Shown: positions 47,046 to 56,101, numbered from the stretch's first letter. The stretch is DNA of 64,000 bases from a virus (IMGVR_UViG_3300031998_000032:44042-108041), one strand, 5' to 3'. Notes: generated from the sequence alone by a model not told the origin. Numbers and translations: made by a program.

Positions 47046-47103
47046 ACCCTCGTAGGGATCGAACCTACAAGCCAGGTTTCCAGCTTTTCCAAAAAGGGTA
47101 TAA
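47046..47103 (-). other. tRNA 3'-half-like fragment (variable region + T-arm + 3' acceptor) with no D or anticodon arms. Candidate att-core or integration scar
   Basis: - strand 'gtagg-ttcgatc-cctac-gagggta'. Only 26 nt lie between the possible 5' acceptor 'taccctt' and the T-arm. Confidence 0.4.
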
Positions 47104-47107
47104 AAAA

Positions 47108-47140
47108 AGGGAGCAACTCTTTTTGAATTGCTCCCCAAAT
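47108..47140 (-). terminator. Rho-independent terminator for the last array gene
   Basis: - strand hairpin gggagcaa...ttgctccc followed by a T-run. Confidence 0.5.
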
Positions 47141-47150
47141 GATTGAGAAT

Positions 47151-47840
47151 TTAACAAACTAAATTTTTCAACTCCTCCGCTTTTGTTGCGTCAATTACTC
47201 CGCGTTTCAATAATTCGTCAATTGCTTTAAATGATTGTTTGCGGTCATTTGCTTTTTTGTTTGCTGCAACTCTTATTGAGTTAAGAAAAACACCAGCTCC
47301 CGCGATACCCGCTATAAAAGTGGATGCGCTTAAATCATCCAAACGGAAAAATAAATTGTTTTCCATTGTCAAAGTACAATTGTCGTTTTGGTCTTTTGAA
47401 TAAATTTTAATTGATGGCAAACCTTCAGGCTCACGCACTACAATAATATCCAAAATTTTATCAAATGTAGTGCCGTATAAGTCGCAAATTTTATTTAATA
47501 AAACTTTAACACCCTTTCGGTTTAAAAAATCATCAATAGACGTAATCTCGGGCGGTACACATTGTTTTTTTGTTTCCGCTCTTAATCGGTCAAATTCAAT
47601 AGCGGAAATTTTACCGCTTACAAAATCGGTGCAAAGTGTTTTTAACTTTTCGGAATACGTCAAAATATCCAAATCAAACAAACTTCGCAAACATCCGAAT
47701 AAATCTGATTTAGTAAACTTTTGCTCTTCGTTTGCACTTTCTTTTTTACCACCTTTTTTGCTACTTTTTGTTGTTGTTGCGTCAATTGTTGCAACTTCGT
47801 TCAAATTCTCGATACCTTTTGAATTTTCATTTTTTTTCAT
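47151..47840 (-). CDS. hypothetical protein (229 aa, K-rich N-terminus), last and most promoter-proximal gene of the array
   Basis: ORF plus box 'aatttaaagtgttattaaat'. Confidence 0.45.
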   Translation of the reverse strand: MKKNENSKGIENLNEVATIDATTTKSSKKGGKKESANEEQKFTKSDLFGCLRSLFDLDILTYSEKLKTLCTDFVSGKISAIEFDRLRAETKKQCVPPEITSIDDFLNRKGVKVLLNKICDLYGTTFDKILDIIVVREPEGLPSIKIYSKDQNDNCTLTMENNLFFRLDDLSASTFIAGIAGAGVFLNSIRVAANKKANDRKQSFKAIDELLKRGVIDATKAEELKNLVC

Positions 47841-48865
47841 AACGTTTGAATTTAAAGTGTTATTAAATGGCGCAAACCAGGAACGCGCGAAAAAACGACA
47901 ATAGCCGTTCCGCGCGCGAAACGTGGTCCGCGCGTGAATTGTTTCATAATTTCAAAGAACTTGTTATATATCAAAATTAAAAAATACATAAGTAACAACA
48001 AGCAATAAGGAAATTATTTTTGTAAGAAGTTTTTACTTTGCTTTTTTAATGGTCTGAAAATGTGCCTTGTAGGTGCTTGTAGGGCATATTTTTAACCATA
48101 TCACAAAAACGGGCTTGTAGGTACTTGTAGGGCATATGATATATTTTTACATACATACAAAAGTATAGTTATATCTTGTAAAGAATTTTGAAAATAGACG
48201 TATACCGCTACAAGCCACCAGGAGCCGTTTTTTGATCCAATTTGTAAGTAATTTTCAAAAGTGTGCAAAAAATATCCGGCTTTTAGGTAGGAAAAATTCT
48301 TACAAAGTGAAAAATACTTACATTTTGGTTATGGTGTTTTGGGATGACTTTCCGCCAAAATGTCAGTATTTTATATGCCGTTTTGACCGAGTTTATTATA
48401 TGGTATAATATACACAAAAAACGCGCTATTGTGCATTTGTGCGCTATTGTGGAAGGGTATACCCCTGCCCCAAACGGCAAACCAGATCACCGGTAATGAC
48501 TCCTCGCCGAGATTTTCAATTTTCATTTTTTAATTTTTTCATTTTACGATTTGCACAGTCCTCATGCTGATAAATTCTTACACAGTATATTATATCCATG
48601 ATGTATGATCATAGGTACAATGCGAAGCAATGCTGTCGAAAAACATCAAAAAAGTGGGTAAAATAGGGCATATTTTGGGGTCAAAAATGTAAGAAAATAT
48701 TGAAAAATGGCTGATTTTGGCTCAAAAATGAACCATAAAAAATTTCAATGAACCAAATATAGATTACCAATGATTTTTGTAACTGCTTGATTTCTATAAT
48801 AGATATTTGTCAAAAAATGAACCAAATGAACCAAATGTACCAATTTTCGAGTATCGGGATTTAGT
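47841..48865. promoter_or_regulatory. 1-kb non-coding, AT-rich, repeat-rich region between the leftward array and the rightward replication/late block. Candidate origin or divergent promoter hub
   Basis: Direct repeats 'cttgtaggt(g/a)cttgtagggcatat' x2 (~48066, ~48114). 'ATGAACCAAAT' x4 (~48727-48840). GC hairpin 'gcgcgaaaaaacgacaatagccgttccgcgcgcgaaacgtggtccgcgcg' at ~47880-47935. No ORF of 60 aa or more apart from one implausible 65-aa one. Confidence 0.45.
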
Positions 48866-50344
48866 TTGTTTTTAGTATTGTTTTTATATATGGGTAAAGG
48901 TACACAAAACGACAGTTTCACGCTTATAGACTCTCTCAGCGAGTTGATTTACAAGTCATTGAACAAAAATCCCTTGAAGGAGTCGTATAGGATATATTCG
49001 TCAGGAGACCGTGTGTATATGTATCAGGAAGTAATCATGGATGCCTGCAGCAAGTGTTTCCGGTCCTATATGGGTGATGTATTTTACTTTGACGGATGTA
49101 AGTGGTGTCCTTTGGCGGATATAGTCTTGGAGACTGCTTTGAGTAAGGCTTTGGTACAGGGAGGAGCCAGGAAGTCTGATTTGGTGAATGCGAGGAGTAA
49201 GATACTGTATTCTGCCCGTGGAGGTGCGAGTATGTCTCCGTTGGAGCTCAGTGCGTCTGTTATAGGATTTCGTAACGGCGTATGGGATTTCACTGATATA
49301 GATAATCCGGTGTATCACTCGTTTGATGAGCGTATGCCGGTGGTTAGTATACTGCCGTATGACTATGACCCCACGGCGGGTTGTCCGCATTGGATGGCGT
49401 TCCTGAGTTCGATACTGCCGAAGGCCGAGATAATGAAGTTGCAGAAGTACCTTGGATTGGGCTGTGTGGACCGCAAGAAGATGACGCATAAGATTGAGGA
49501 GACGCTGTGGCTGATAGGTAACGGTGCCAACGGCAAGTCTACCATCTTCGATGTGGTCCGTGGTGTCTATGGTGCGGATAATATCAGCTATGCTGGATTG
49601 GATACGTTGCTCAGCGGCTCGTCTGATGTCCGTGCCCGTTTCATCGGTTCGATAGTAGGTAAGATCTTCAATTACTGCTCGGAGATACAGGCTGATGACA
49701 TAAGCAAGTATGCCGATACCTTTAAGGCTCTGTGCAGCGGTGAGCCCCAGACCATACGCCGTATAGGACGAGATCCCGAGACGACCTTCGACATACCGTT
49801 TCTTGTATTCAATATGAACCGCAAGCCGGTCAACCGTCAGATGGACCAGGCTCTCGTGCGCCGTCTCTTGTTCATTCCGTTCCGCACGACGGTATCGGCG
49901 GAGGATATGAACCGCGAGCTGTCATCGGAACTATTGAGGGAACTCCCGGGTATACGCAACTGGATGATAGAAGGTCTGCGCATGCTCATACGTGACAACT
50001 GGCAGTTCAGTAGCACTGTTGCCGGTGATGATGAGATGACAGAGTATATGCTGGAGAACGGCCAGTCGGTGCAGGTGTTCCTCAGGAAGAAAGGCTTTTC
50101 GAGCAACCGGCGTACCGGCCATTGGGAAGACAAGATACAATGGGTCTATGCGTCGGCCCTCTATGAGGATTACGTGGCGTTCTGTGAGAAATGGCTGCAG
50201 GAGCCGTTGTCACAGCGTGCCTTCGGTAAGGAGATGAATAGGCTCGGATGGTATGACGGCAGTAACCACAAGCGTACGGGTAACGGCTACGCCTATGGCA
50301 TCTTCTGCGAGAAGGCAATAGAATACGCACAAGCAATAAAATGA
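48866..50344 (+). CDS. P4-family / D5-like primase C-terminal domain with SF3 helicase
   Basis: 'DPTAGCPHWMAFL', 'LWLIGNGANGKST' (Walker A), 'TFDIPFLVFNMN' (Walker B-like). Confidence 0.65.
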   Translation: MFLVLFLYMGKGTQNDSFTLIDSLSELIYKSLNKNPLKESYRIYSSGDRVYMYQEVIMDACSKCFRSYMGDVFYFDGCKWCPLADIVLETALSKALVQGGARKSDLVNARSKILYSARGGASMSPLELSASVIGFRNGVWDFTDIDNPVYHSFDERMPVVSILPYDYDPTAGCPHWMAFLSSILPKAEIMKLQKYLGLGCVDRKKMTHKIEETLWLIGNGANGKSTIFDVVRGVYGADNISYAGLDTLLSGSSDVRARFIGSIVGKIFNYCSEIQADDISKYADTFKALCSGEPQTIRRIGRDPETTFDIPFLVFNMNRKPVNRQMDQALVRRLLFIPFRTTVSAEDMNRELSSELLRELPGIRNWMIEGLRMLIRDNWQFSSTVAGDDEMTEYMLENGQSVQVFLRKKGFSSNRRTGHWEDKIQWVYASALYEDYVAFCEKWLQEPLSQRAFGKEMNRLGWYDGSNHKRTGNGYAYGIFCEKAIEYAQAIK

Positions 50345-50607
50345 CTATGGATAAATCGAGGGATAAATACAAAATTGGGCAGATGGTCGAAATCCTGGTG
50401 TATAACGACCATTTTGGCGAGATAGTACCTATCGTTGCTTTCAGCGAACATAATCCCTTTGTCGTCAAGGTACGTTACGAGGATAAGACCATTCATGGCT
50501 ATAACACATCTGAAATCAGAGCGATACCCTATGTAGGTTATCAAAGACATTTCAGCGAGGATGATTGGAAACATTTGATGAAGAGGTTATTAACAGCAAG
50601 AATATGA
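50341..50607 (+). CDS. hypothetical protein (88 aa)
   Basis: ORF only. Confidence 0.35.
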   Translation: MTMDKSRDKYKIGQMVEILVYNDHFGEIVPIVAFSEHNPFVVKVRYEDKTIHGYNTSEIRAIPYVGYQRHFSEDDWKHLMKRLLTARI

Positions 50608-50948
50608 ACAAGAACGAAATCAAGTATCTCAGTGAGCAGATATCGGAGAAGGAACGCATCATCACGTGTTTTGAAGAAGCGATGATGAGCATTCTTCAAC
50701 TGGTGAAAGGTAATTTCGATCAGTGTCTGTTACAGCACAGTACAGATAATGCCGATGAATTTATCAGTTTTATCTACTGTGAGGTCCGTGACAAGATGAA
50801 AGAACTGTACGGCCCGCGTGTACATATGGAGTGCGAGATGCCGGCGGCGGAGGAGATTGCAGCACTCAAAAACAGGATTGACGATATGAAGAAGGAATGC
50901 GAGCGTCTCAAACACCGCAACCTGTGGCAGAGAATATTCAACAGATAA
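50604..50948 (+). CDS. hypothetical protein
   Basis: ORF. Start at the Met after the upstream stop. Confidence 0.35.
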   Translation: MNKNEIKYLSEQISEKERIITCFEEAMMSILQLVKGNFDQCLLQHSTDNADEFISFIYCEVRDKMKELYGPRVHMECEMPAAEEIAALKNRIDDMKKECERLKHRNLWQRIFNR

Positions 50949-50952
50949 GGGT

Positions 50953-51219
50953 ATGAAGATAGGTAGAGACGCTATATACGGTGATACAGGTGAGATCAGT
51001 TCTTTCCTGGCGCAATGCAAGCAGGAAGAGCCGGAATGGTATGAGGCTTTGCGTAATTATGACACCTCACAGTTGAGGCGTATTATTTCCCTTTGCAAAC
51101 AAGACGACCCGCGTGTCATTGCACGCACCCTCCGTGCTGAAGGATATATCCGTCCGGCCGAACTTACAGAAGAAGCGATGAAGAATTATCCGAAATACAA
51201 AGACTATTTTATTCACTAA
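50953..51219 (+). CDS. hypothetical protein (88 aa)
   Basis: ORF only. Confidence 0.35.
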   Translation: MKIGRDAIYGDTGEISSFLAQCKQEEPEWYEALRNYDTSQLRRIISLCKQDDPRVIARTLRAEGYIRPAELTEEAMKNYPKYKDYFIH

Positions 51220-51231
51220 ATCATTTATATT

Positions 51232-52053
51232 ATGAAGAGATTAGTATTCTTTCTGGCAGTAGCTTTTACAAGCATTGCATTAACCTCATGTCATGGCGTC
51301 CGTCCGGATGCAGATGAGGAGAGTGTCCTCGTACATAAACCATGGTTCTTCGGTCATGGCGGTGTAGAGGAGGAACCCGTGACTACCGGCCTGCGTTGGT
51401 GTTGGTGGAGTACGTCAAGCGAGACGTTCAAGATTGTGCCTCAGAAGCAGCAGGTGGATATGGAGGATCTCGTATCCAACGATAACACACCGCTTGACTT
51501 CCATACCGTCATCATCACACAGGTCATCAAAGGTAAGTCTCCTGTCTTATTGGTGAATTACGGTACCGATTGGTTCAATACGAACATCTATAATTACTAC
51601 TGCAATAGAGTACGTGATTATATATCTCAGCATAGTCCTTTCGACCTGATGTCCAACCGCGAGGTTTTGAATGAGATAGATAACAAAGTCCTGGCGGAGA
51701 TGAAGGATTATATTGCTGAGCTGTCGAAGGATAAGGATTTTCCCGTGGAAATCAAGCAGGTGGTCATCGGCCGCGCCATACCGAACGCCGAGCAGCTTGA
51801 GGAGATGAACAAGACCGCCAAGGCTGTACAGGCCAAACAGACGCAGGAGCGTGAGGTGGAGGTGCAGGTAGCACGTGAGAAAGCCGAACGTCAGCGTGCC
51901 ATTGCGGATAAAGCCTATCAGAATGAGATGGGGTTATCCGCTCAGCAATTCATTCAGTTGAAGGCATGGGATATCATAGCGCAGAAGCAAGGAACCAATA
52001 TCGATGTGCTGTTCGATGCAGATGGAGCAAACAAAATGTGGAACATTAAATAA
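51232..52053 (+). CDS. SPFH (band-7/prohibitin-like) domain lipoprotein
   Basis: Signal peptide plus lipobox 'SIALTSC'. C-terminal 'VVIGRAIPNAEQLEEMNKTAKAVQAKQTQEREVEVQVAREKAERQRAIADKAYQNEMG' is SPFH-like. Confidence 0.5.
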   Translation: MKRLVFFLAVAFTSIALTSCHGVRPDADEESVLVHKPWFFGHGGVEEEPVTTGLRWCWWSTSSETFKIVPQKQQVDMEDLVSNDNTPLDFHTVIITQVIKGKSPVLLVNYGTDWFNTNIYNYYCNRVRDYISQHSPFDLMSNREVLNEIDNKVLAEMKDYIAELSKDKDFPVEIKQVVIGRAIPNAEQLEEMNKTAKAVQAKQTQEREVEVQVAREKAERQRAIADKAYQNEMGLSAQQFIQLKAWDIIAQKQGTNIDVLFDADGANKMWNIK

Positions 52054-52062
52054 TTTACAACT

Positions 52063-52653
52063 ATGACAAGAATAAGAGTAGGACGCGATGCGTCAATGAT
52101 CTATGAATCCACCCTTACCGGTGTGAAGTTTCTTAAAACCGAGAAGAAGGCCGAGACGAAAGAAGAGCCTAAGGCCGAGTCTATGACCGACGAGATGAAG
52201 CAGAAACTCCTGGATGAGGCTATGGCTCTCCCGAAGGAAGAGCAGGTGGAAGCCCTGCGTAAAGCCGGCCTGACGGAAGCAGCCGATGACCTCGAGCATA
52301 GGTATGCCGAGGAACACATTCAGGAACTCAAGGAACAATCTCGTGCCAACCGTCTGAAGGAGATCAGGGAGAAGCCAGAGGACGAGCAGTTGTCATTACT
52401 GCTTGAGGAAGGTTTCGAGGATGAGACCAAGGCGCTGTCCGAGAAGATGGCTGCTGAAAAGGCAGAGAATATAGCTAAGGCCGCTGCAGAAGCCTCAGTG
52501 GAAGCCGCTCTTGCATCGGTGGGAGCCAAGAATGAATCCGAGCAGGGTGCTCCTGAGGAAAATCAGAACAAGACCGCAAAGACCGCCAAGACCCCGAAAG
52601 CCAAAGCTCCGGCTAAGGCCAAGTCATTCAACTTCGACAAGAAAAAGAAGTGA
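52063..52653 (+). CDS. hypothetical highly charged protein (acidic body, basic AK-repeat tail)
   Basis: 'KTAKTAKTPKAKAPAKAK' tail. Confidence 0.35.
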   Translation: MTRIRVGRDASMIYESTLTGVKFLKTEKKAETKEEPKAESMTDEMKQKLLDEAMALPKEEQVEALRKAGLTEAADDLEHRYAEEHIQELKEQSRANRLKEIREKPEDEQLSLLLEEGFEDETKALSEKMAAEKAENIAKAAAEASVEAALASVGAKNESEQGAPEENQNKTAKTAKTPKAKAPAKAKSFNFDKKKK

Positions 52654-52970
52654 ATATGAAGAAAGAAAAAGGAAAAGAAACGATCCTGCGTGAGTTCGTG
52701 GCTTCACTCAGTGATGAGGACGCACGTGAGCAATTGGTCCGCGCCTACCTGCAGATGGAACGCTGTCAGGAGGTTATGGAAGGTAAGGAAGTCGAGCCGG
52801 TAGAGATGATGGAGAACGGACTTGGCTCCGACCTCGAACTCTTCTATATGTGCAAGAAGCTCTATAACGAGAGTAACGTATCCACTACGCTGCACGTCAA
52901 CGCGGGTCACGGTCTCTTCGGATGGCTGCGTCGCCGTAATTCGGAAATAATCATTAAACTCGTTCTATAA
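52650..52970 (+). CDS. hypothetical protein (106 aa)
   Basis: ORF only. Confidence 0.3.
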   Translation: MNMKKEKGKETILREFVASLSDEDAREQLVRAYLQMERCQEVMEGKEVEPVEMMENGLGSDLELFYMCKKLYNESNVSTTLHVNAGHGLFGWLRRRNSEIIIKLVL

Positions 52971-53569
52971 TGGAGAAGGAATTAGCAAAGATACCGTTTG
53001 GTAAACCAGCACGTGTCGGTAATTTCAAAGTATGGCGTTCCAAGATGGAACTCACATTCACTCCGGATATAACCAACAAAGAGATGGACGGCAAGGGCCG
53101 TACCGTGGTCCGCAAGCAGAAAGAACTGATTGAATGTATTAACATCAGCAACCTCGAAGGTACGTGGATGACACGTATCGCGGAGACCTATGAGATGTTC
53201 ATCATGCTCATGCAGTCCTATGGTTGGTATATGAGTGACAACGAGGAGGCTAAGAAACGTGGTGAGGATTATCTGACCACTGTCTTCTCCAATATGCTGT
53301 GGGTATCAAATATCACCAACGGCTATTACCATGAGGGTGTCTTCATGGTAGGTGGTGCCTATGCCGACCCGACACTGCTGAGTGACAAGAAGAAATTCAA
53401 GTCATTCAAGGATACGGCCGATCATGTCATCAAGGATTATCTCTCCTGGCGCAAGACTTTCGACAATGTTACTCAGAAGGAACTGAGCAAGGAAGAGATG
53501 AAAACCGACGAGCAGGTGCAGGAGATCATGGACCAAATCGAGCAGAACAATGGCGGCACCGAAAGTTGA
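52970..53569 (+). CDS. hypothetical protein (199 aa)
   Basis: ORF only. Confidence 0.4.
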   Translation: MEKELAKIPFGKPARVGNFKVWRSKMELTFTPDITNKEMDGKGRTVVRKQKELIECINISNLEGTWMTRIAETYEMFIMLMQSYGWYMSDNEEAKKRGEDYLTTVFSNMLWVSNITNGYYHEGVFMVGGAYADPTLLSDKKKFKSFKDTADHVIKDYLSWRKTFDNVTQKELSKEEMKTDEQVQEIMDQIEQNNGGTES

Positions 53570-53930
53570 GTTTGAGAACTTCACGTTCGAGGAAAGTCAG
53601 TATAAGCGTGGCGAGAAGGTGTGGCTCGCCACCACTTTGTTGCGTGCTGTCAAGGAACAGAAGCTTGAGGCTTTTGATTTTCCTCTCGCTGCATACAATA
53701 TGCTGAATATGGGCTTCCGCGTTGAGAATGCCGATGACTTTATATGGCAGATGAAAAGAACGCTCAATGCAGACTACAACTATCCAATCGTCCTCGATGA
53801 CTACGGCCAGGTGGCTGACGGTTTTCACCGCATATGTCATGCCATATATGACGGAAAGACCACAATAAAGGCTTACAGGTTGAAGAAGATGCCTCCTGTC
53901 GATTATACTGAACCAGATGAGAATAGGTAG
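53550..53930 (+). CDS. ParB-like nuclease domain protein (DGxHR motif)
   Basis: 'VADGFHRICHAIYDG'. Confidence 0.4.
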   Translation: MAAPKVEFENFTFEESQYKRGEKVWLATTLLRAVKEQKLEAFDFPLAAYNMLNMGFRVENADDFIWQMKRTLNADYNYPIVLDDYGQVADGFHRICHAIYDGKTTIKAYRLKKMPPVDYTEPDENR

Positions 53931-55491
53931 ACAACATACAGAACAGCCGTCAAGACAGCCTGAGCCTGTCGGCACTGGCGTGGCTCTCTGTGTCATCGGA
54001 CGTCAGGAGAATCGCTATGCACGTGAATATGTACAGCATTATCTGTCGTTAGGTTTTGACCATATCATCATATGTGACAACAACCGGGATGGAGAGGAGC
54101 GTTTTGAGGATGTCTTATATGAGTATATTCAGGCGGGCCAGGTGGAGATAATAGACTTTCGCAATAAAACCGGCGTGCAGTGCGCTGCCTATTCTGCTGT
54201 GTACCGCAAGTATAGCCGGGTATTCAGATGGATGGCTTTTTTCGACTTTGATGAATATCTGACTATCGTGAAGGACGCAGACATCCATGAACTGATGGCC
54301 CGTTATGACGGTATGGACTGTGTGTTGTTCAATTGGATGAATTTTGGTGACAACGGACTTGTATACGACGACGGACGCGGTTTACAGGAACGCTTTACCA
54401 AGCCGCTCCCAGGTGAGATGCACGTGCAATATTCTGATCATAAGGATAACGAGCATTGCAAATGTATGCTACGCGGAGGTTTGAAAGATGTTTGCTTTTA
54501 TGCAACTCCTCACATTCCAAATTCACCACAGCTTCTCTGTTGCACATCTTTGGGTGAGATGTGCAGGCAGATCCCTTTTCAGTCTGATAGTTATACCATT
54601 GCATACCTCAGACATTATATAACAAAGACCACCGAAGAGTATTTCTCCGGCAAATGGCAGAAAGGCACCGGTAACAAAGACAGTATCGACGGCTTCCGCA
54701 GTTGTTACGCCGGCCGGTTCTTCAAATACAATGAATGGACACGTGAGAAGGATGACTTGATGCGCCATCTGACGGGTATGCCGGCTTTCCATGCGTCATT
54801 GCACAGAAACGTCTTAATTGTGCATTATAACACACAGGCCCTTACTGATGCCGCCATACGTTCACTTAACAAACATACGCCAGGTTGTAATATCACTGTC
54901 TTTGATAACAGCGACAAAGAACCTTTTGTCAATACCTTCGACAACGTGACTGTTCTTGATAACACCACAGGCGTACTTGCGGATCTTGACGGTATTATAA
55001 GCTGGCATAAAGACAAAGTACCCACACCTGAGAACAAATACGGCAGCGCAAAGCATTGTATCAGTGTGGACGTATGCTGCAGCCTTATACCCGAAGGATT
55101 CCTTCTCATGGATAGTGATGTTCTTGTGAAGAAAGATATCACGCCACTCTTTGATGACTCCTGCGTGTGGACCGGCCAGCTTCAGGTCCATACGAGCCGT
55201 TTTGGTGTTACCCTCCCTCGTGTCTTGCCGTTCATCTGTTATATCAATGTTCCGATGATGCGCAAGCATGGGATTAGTTATTATAATGACGATAAGATGT
55301 TCGCCCTGACAAGCAGAAAGCCAGATGTCGGGTATGATACCGGCTGTTGGTTCTACGAAGCCTGTCATACGGCGGAATTACCCGAGAATCACGTAGATAT
55401 CAGAGATTATATTATCCATTTCGGTCATGGGAGCTGGATGAACAGCGATGAATCGGAATGGCTTGAAACAAACAAACAATACTGGCAATGA
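53917..55491 (+). CDS. Two-domain glycosyltransferase (two GT-A / GT2-like halves)
   Basis: 'ALCVIGRQENRYAREYVQHYLSLGFDHIIICDNN...FFDFDEY' (GT-A with DxD-like motif) and 'VLIVHYNTQALTDAAIRSLNKHTPGCNITVFDNSD'. Confidence 0.45.
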   Translation: MRIGRQHTEQPSRQPEPVGTGVALCVIGRQENRYAREYVQHYLSLGFDHIIICDNNRDGEERFEDVLYEYIQAGQVEIIDFRNKTGVQCAAYSAVYRKYSRVFRWMAFFDFDEYLTIVKDADIHELMARYDGMDCVLFNWMNFGDNGLVYDDGRGLQERFTKPLPGEMHVQYSDHKDNEHCKCMLRGGLKDVCFYATPHIPNSPQLLCCTSLGEMCRQIPFQSDSYTIAYLRHYITKTTEEYFSGKWQKGTGNKDSIDGFRSCYAGRFFKYNEWTREKDDLMRHLTGMPAFHASLHRNVLIVHYNTQALTDAAIRSLNKHTPGCNITVFDNSDKEPFVNTFDNVTVLDNTTGVLADLDGIISWHKDKVPTPENKYGSAKHCISVDVCCSLIPEGFLLMDSDVLVKKDITPLFDDSCVWTGQLQVHTSRFGVTLPRVLPFICYINVPMMRKHGISYYNDDKMFALTSRKPDVGYDTGCWFYEACHTAELPENHVDIRDYIIHFGHGSWMNSDESEWLETNKQYWQ

Positions 55492-56069
55492 TTACTTTAT
55501 CCAAACAAAAAGAAAACGAAGCGAAGAAATTAGGCGTCACCATACAATACCTTGTTATGGCTGACCTCATGGCCGTCGGCTACTCGGAGGAAGATGCGTT
55601 CGTCATCGCCTATCCGGAGAATATGGGCCGGGCTGAGCATCTCAACTCCAGCGTGCGCAAGACCGTTGTCGAGAGTGCGAAATTCAACAAACTTCTTGAG
55701 GACCGCCGGTCACGTATCAAGGATGGTGTGGCTGCACCGGCCAAACTCGATGAGGTAAAGCTTGTAGATACCGAGGAGGTGATGAAGGAAATACTCAGGT
55801 CTGCACAGCAACAGCCTTTGGGTTCCAAGGAACGCGCCGAGCTTTTCGCCAAATACAACGAAATAAAGACCAAGAACGAGCAAGGCATAGAAGATGATTC
55901 GGATAATATCAGTTTCGTCTTTCCGCTCAAATGTAATAAATGTCCGCTTCTGTTCTCCTATAACGAGCATATGAAGGAGATCAAAGGCAAGGAGATTAAA
56001 CCGGTGGAGATGGGCCGTGTCATAGATATGGCGCATACCATCATCCAAGCGGCCGAAGACGCGCAATAA
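55488..56069 (+). CDS. hypothetical protein (193 aa), possible small terminase subunit by size and position only
   Basis: ORF only. No motif recognised. Confidence 0.25.
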   Translation: MITLSKQKENEAKKLGVTIQYLVMADLMAVGYSEEDAFVIAYPENMGRAEHLNSSVRKTVVESAKFNKLLEDRRSRIKDGVAAPAKLDEVKLVDTEEVMKEILRSAQQQPLGSKERAELFAKYNEIKTKNEQGIEDDSDNISFVFPLKCNKCPLLFSYNEHMKEIKGKEIKPVEMGRVIDMAHTIIQAAEDAQ

Positions 56070-56073
56070 AAAA

Positions 56074-56101
56074 ATGAGCGGGGAGAAATCCTCGCTCATT
56101 C
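56074..56101. terminator. Hairpin terminator between convergent genes
   Basis: 'aatgagcggggagaaatcctcgctcatt'. Confidence 0.45.

Larger units (their letters stand above)
29490..47880 (-). repeat. Array of ~45 intergenic regulatory cassettes, one per small gene
   Basis: On the coding (-) strand, 5'->3': GC-rich hairpin (loop GAGCAAT, often followed by AGTACGA(A/T)AA), then the conserved box (A)TGTTTCAC(A)CTTAAAAC, then ~8 nt, then ATTATGG start. About 40 clear copies, e.g. + strand 'ttttaagtgtgaaacat' at ~40755-40771 and hairpin 'ggaggagattgctctcctc' at ~40781-40799. Two + oriented copies sit at the left border (~29497, ~29565). Confidence 0.9.

Noticed and set aside
29490-47880. Regularly spaced repeats that could be mistaken for a CRISPR array
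   Set aside because: The repeat units (box plus hairpin) are separated by 200-800-bp protein-coding ORFs of varying length, not 30-40-bp spacers. The repeats are degenerate and tied to start codons. No cas genes are present.
48283-48480. 65-aa ORF in the 1-kb non-coding region
   Set aside because: Isolated, in repeat-rich AT-rich DNA, with no box or other start context. Likelier non-coding.
55488-56069. Small terminase subunit assignment
   Set aside because: It is based only on size and proximity. It is on the opposite strand from terL and convergent with the packaging operon, and no DNA-binding or oligomerisation motif was recognised. Kept as hypothetical.
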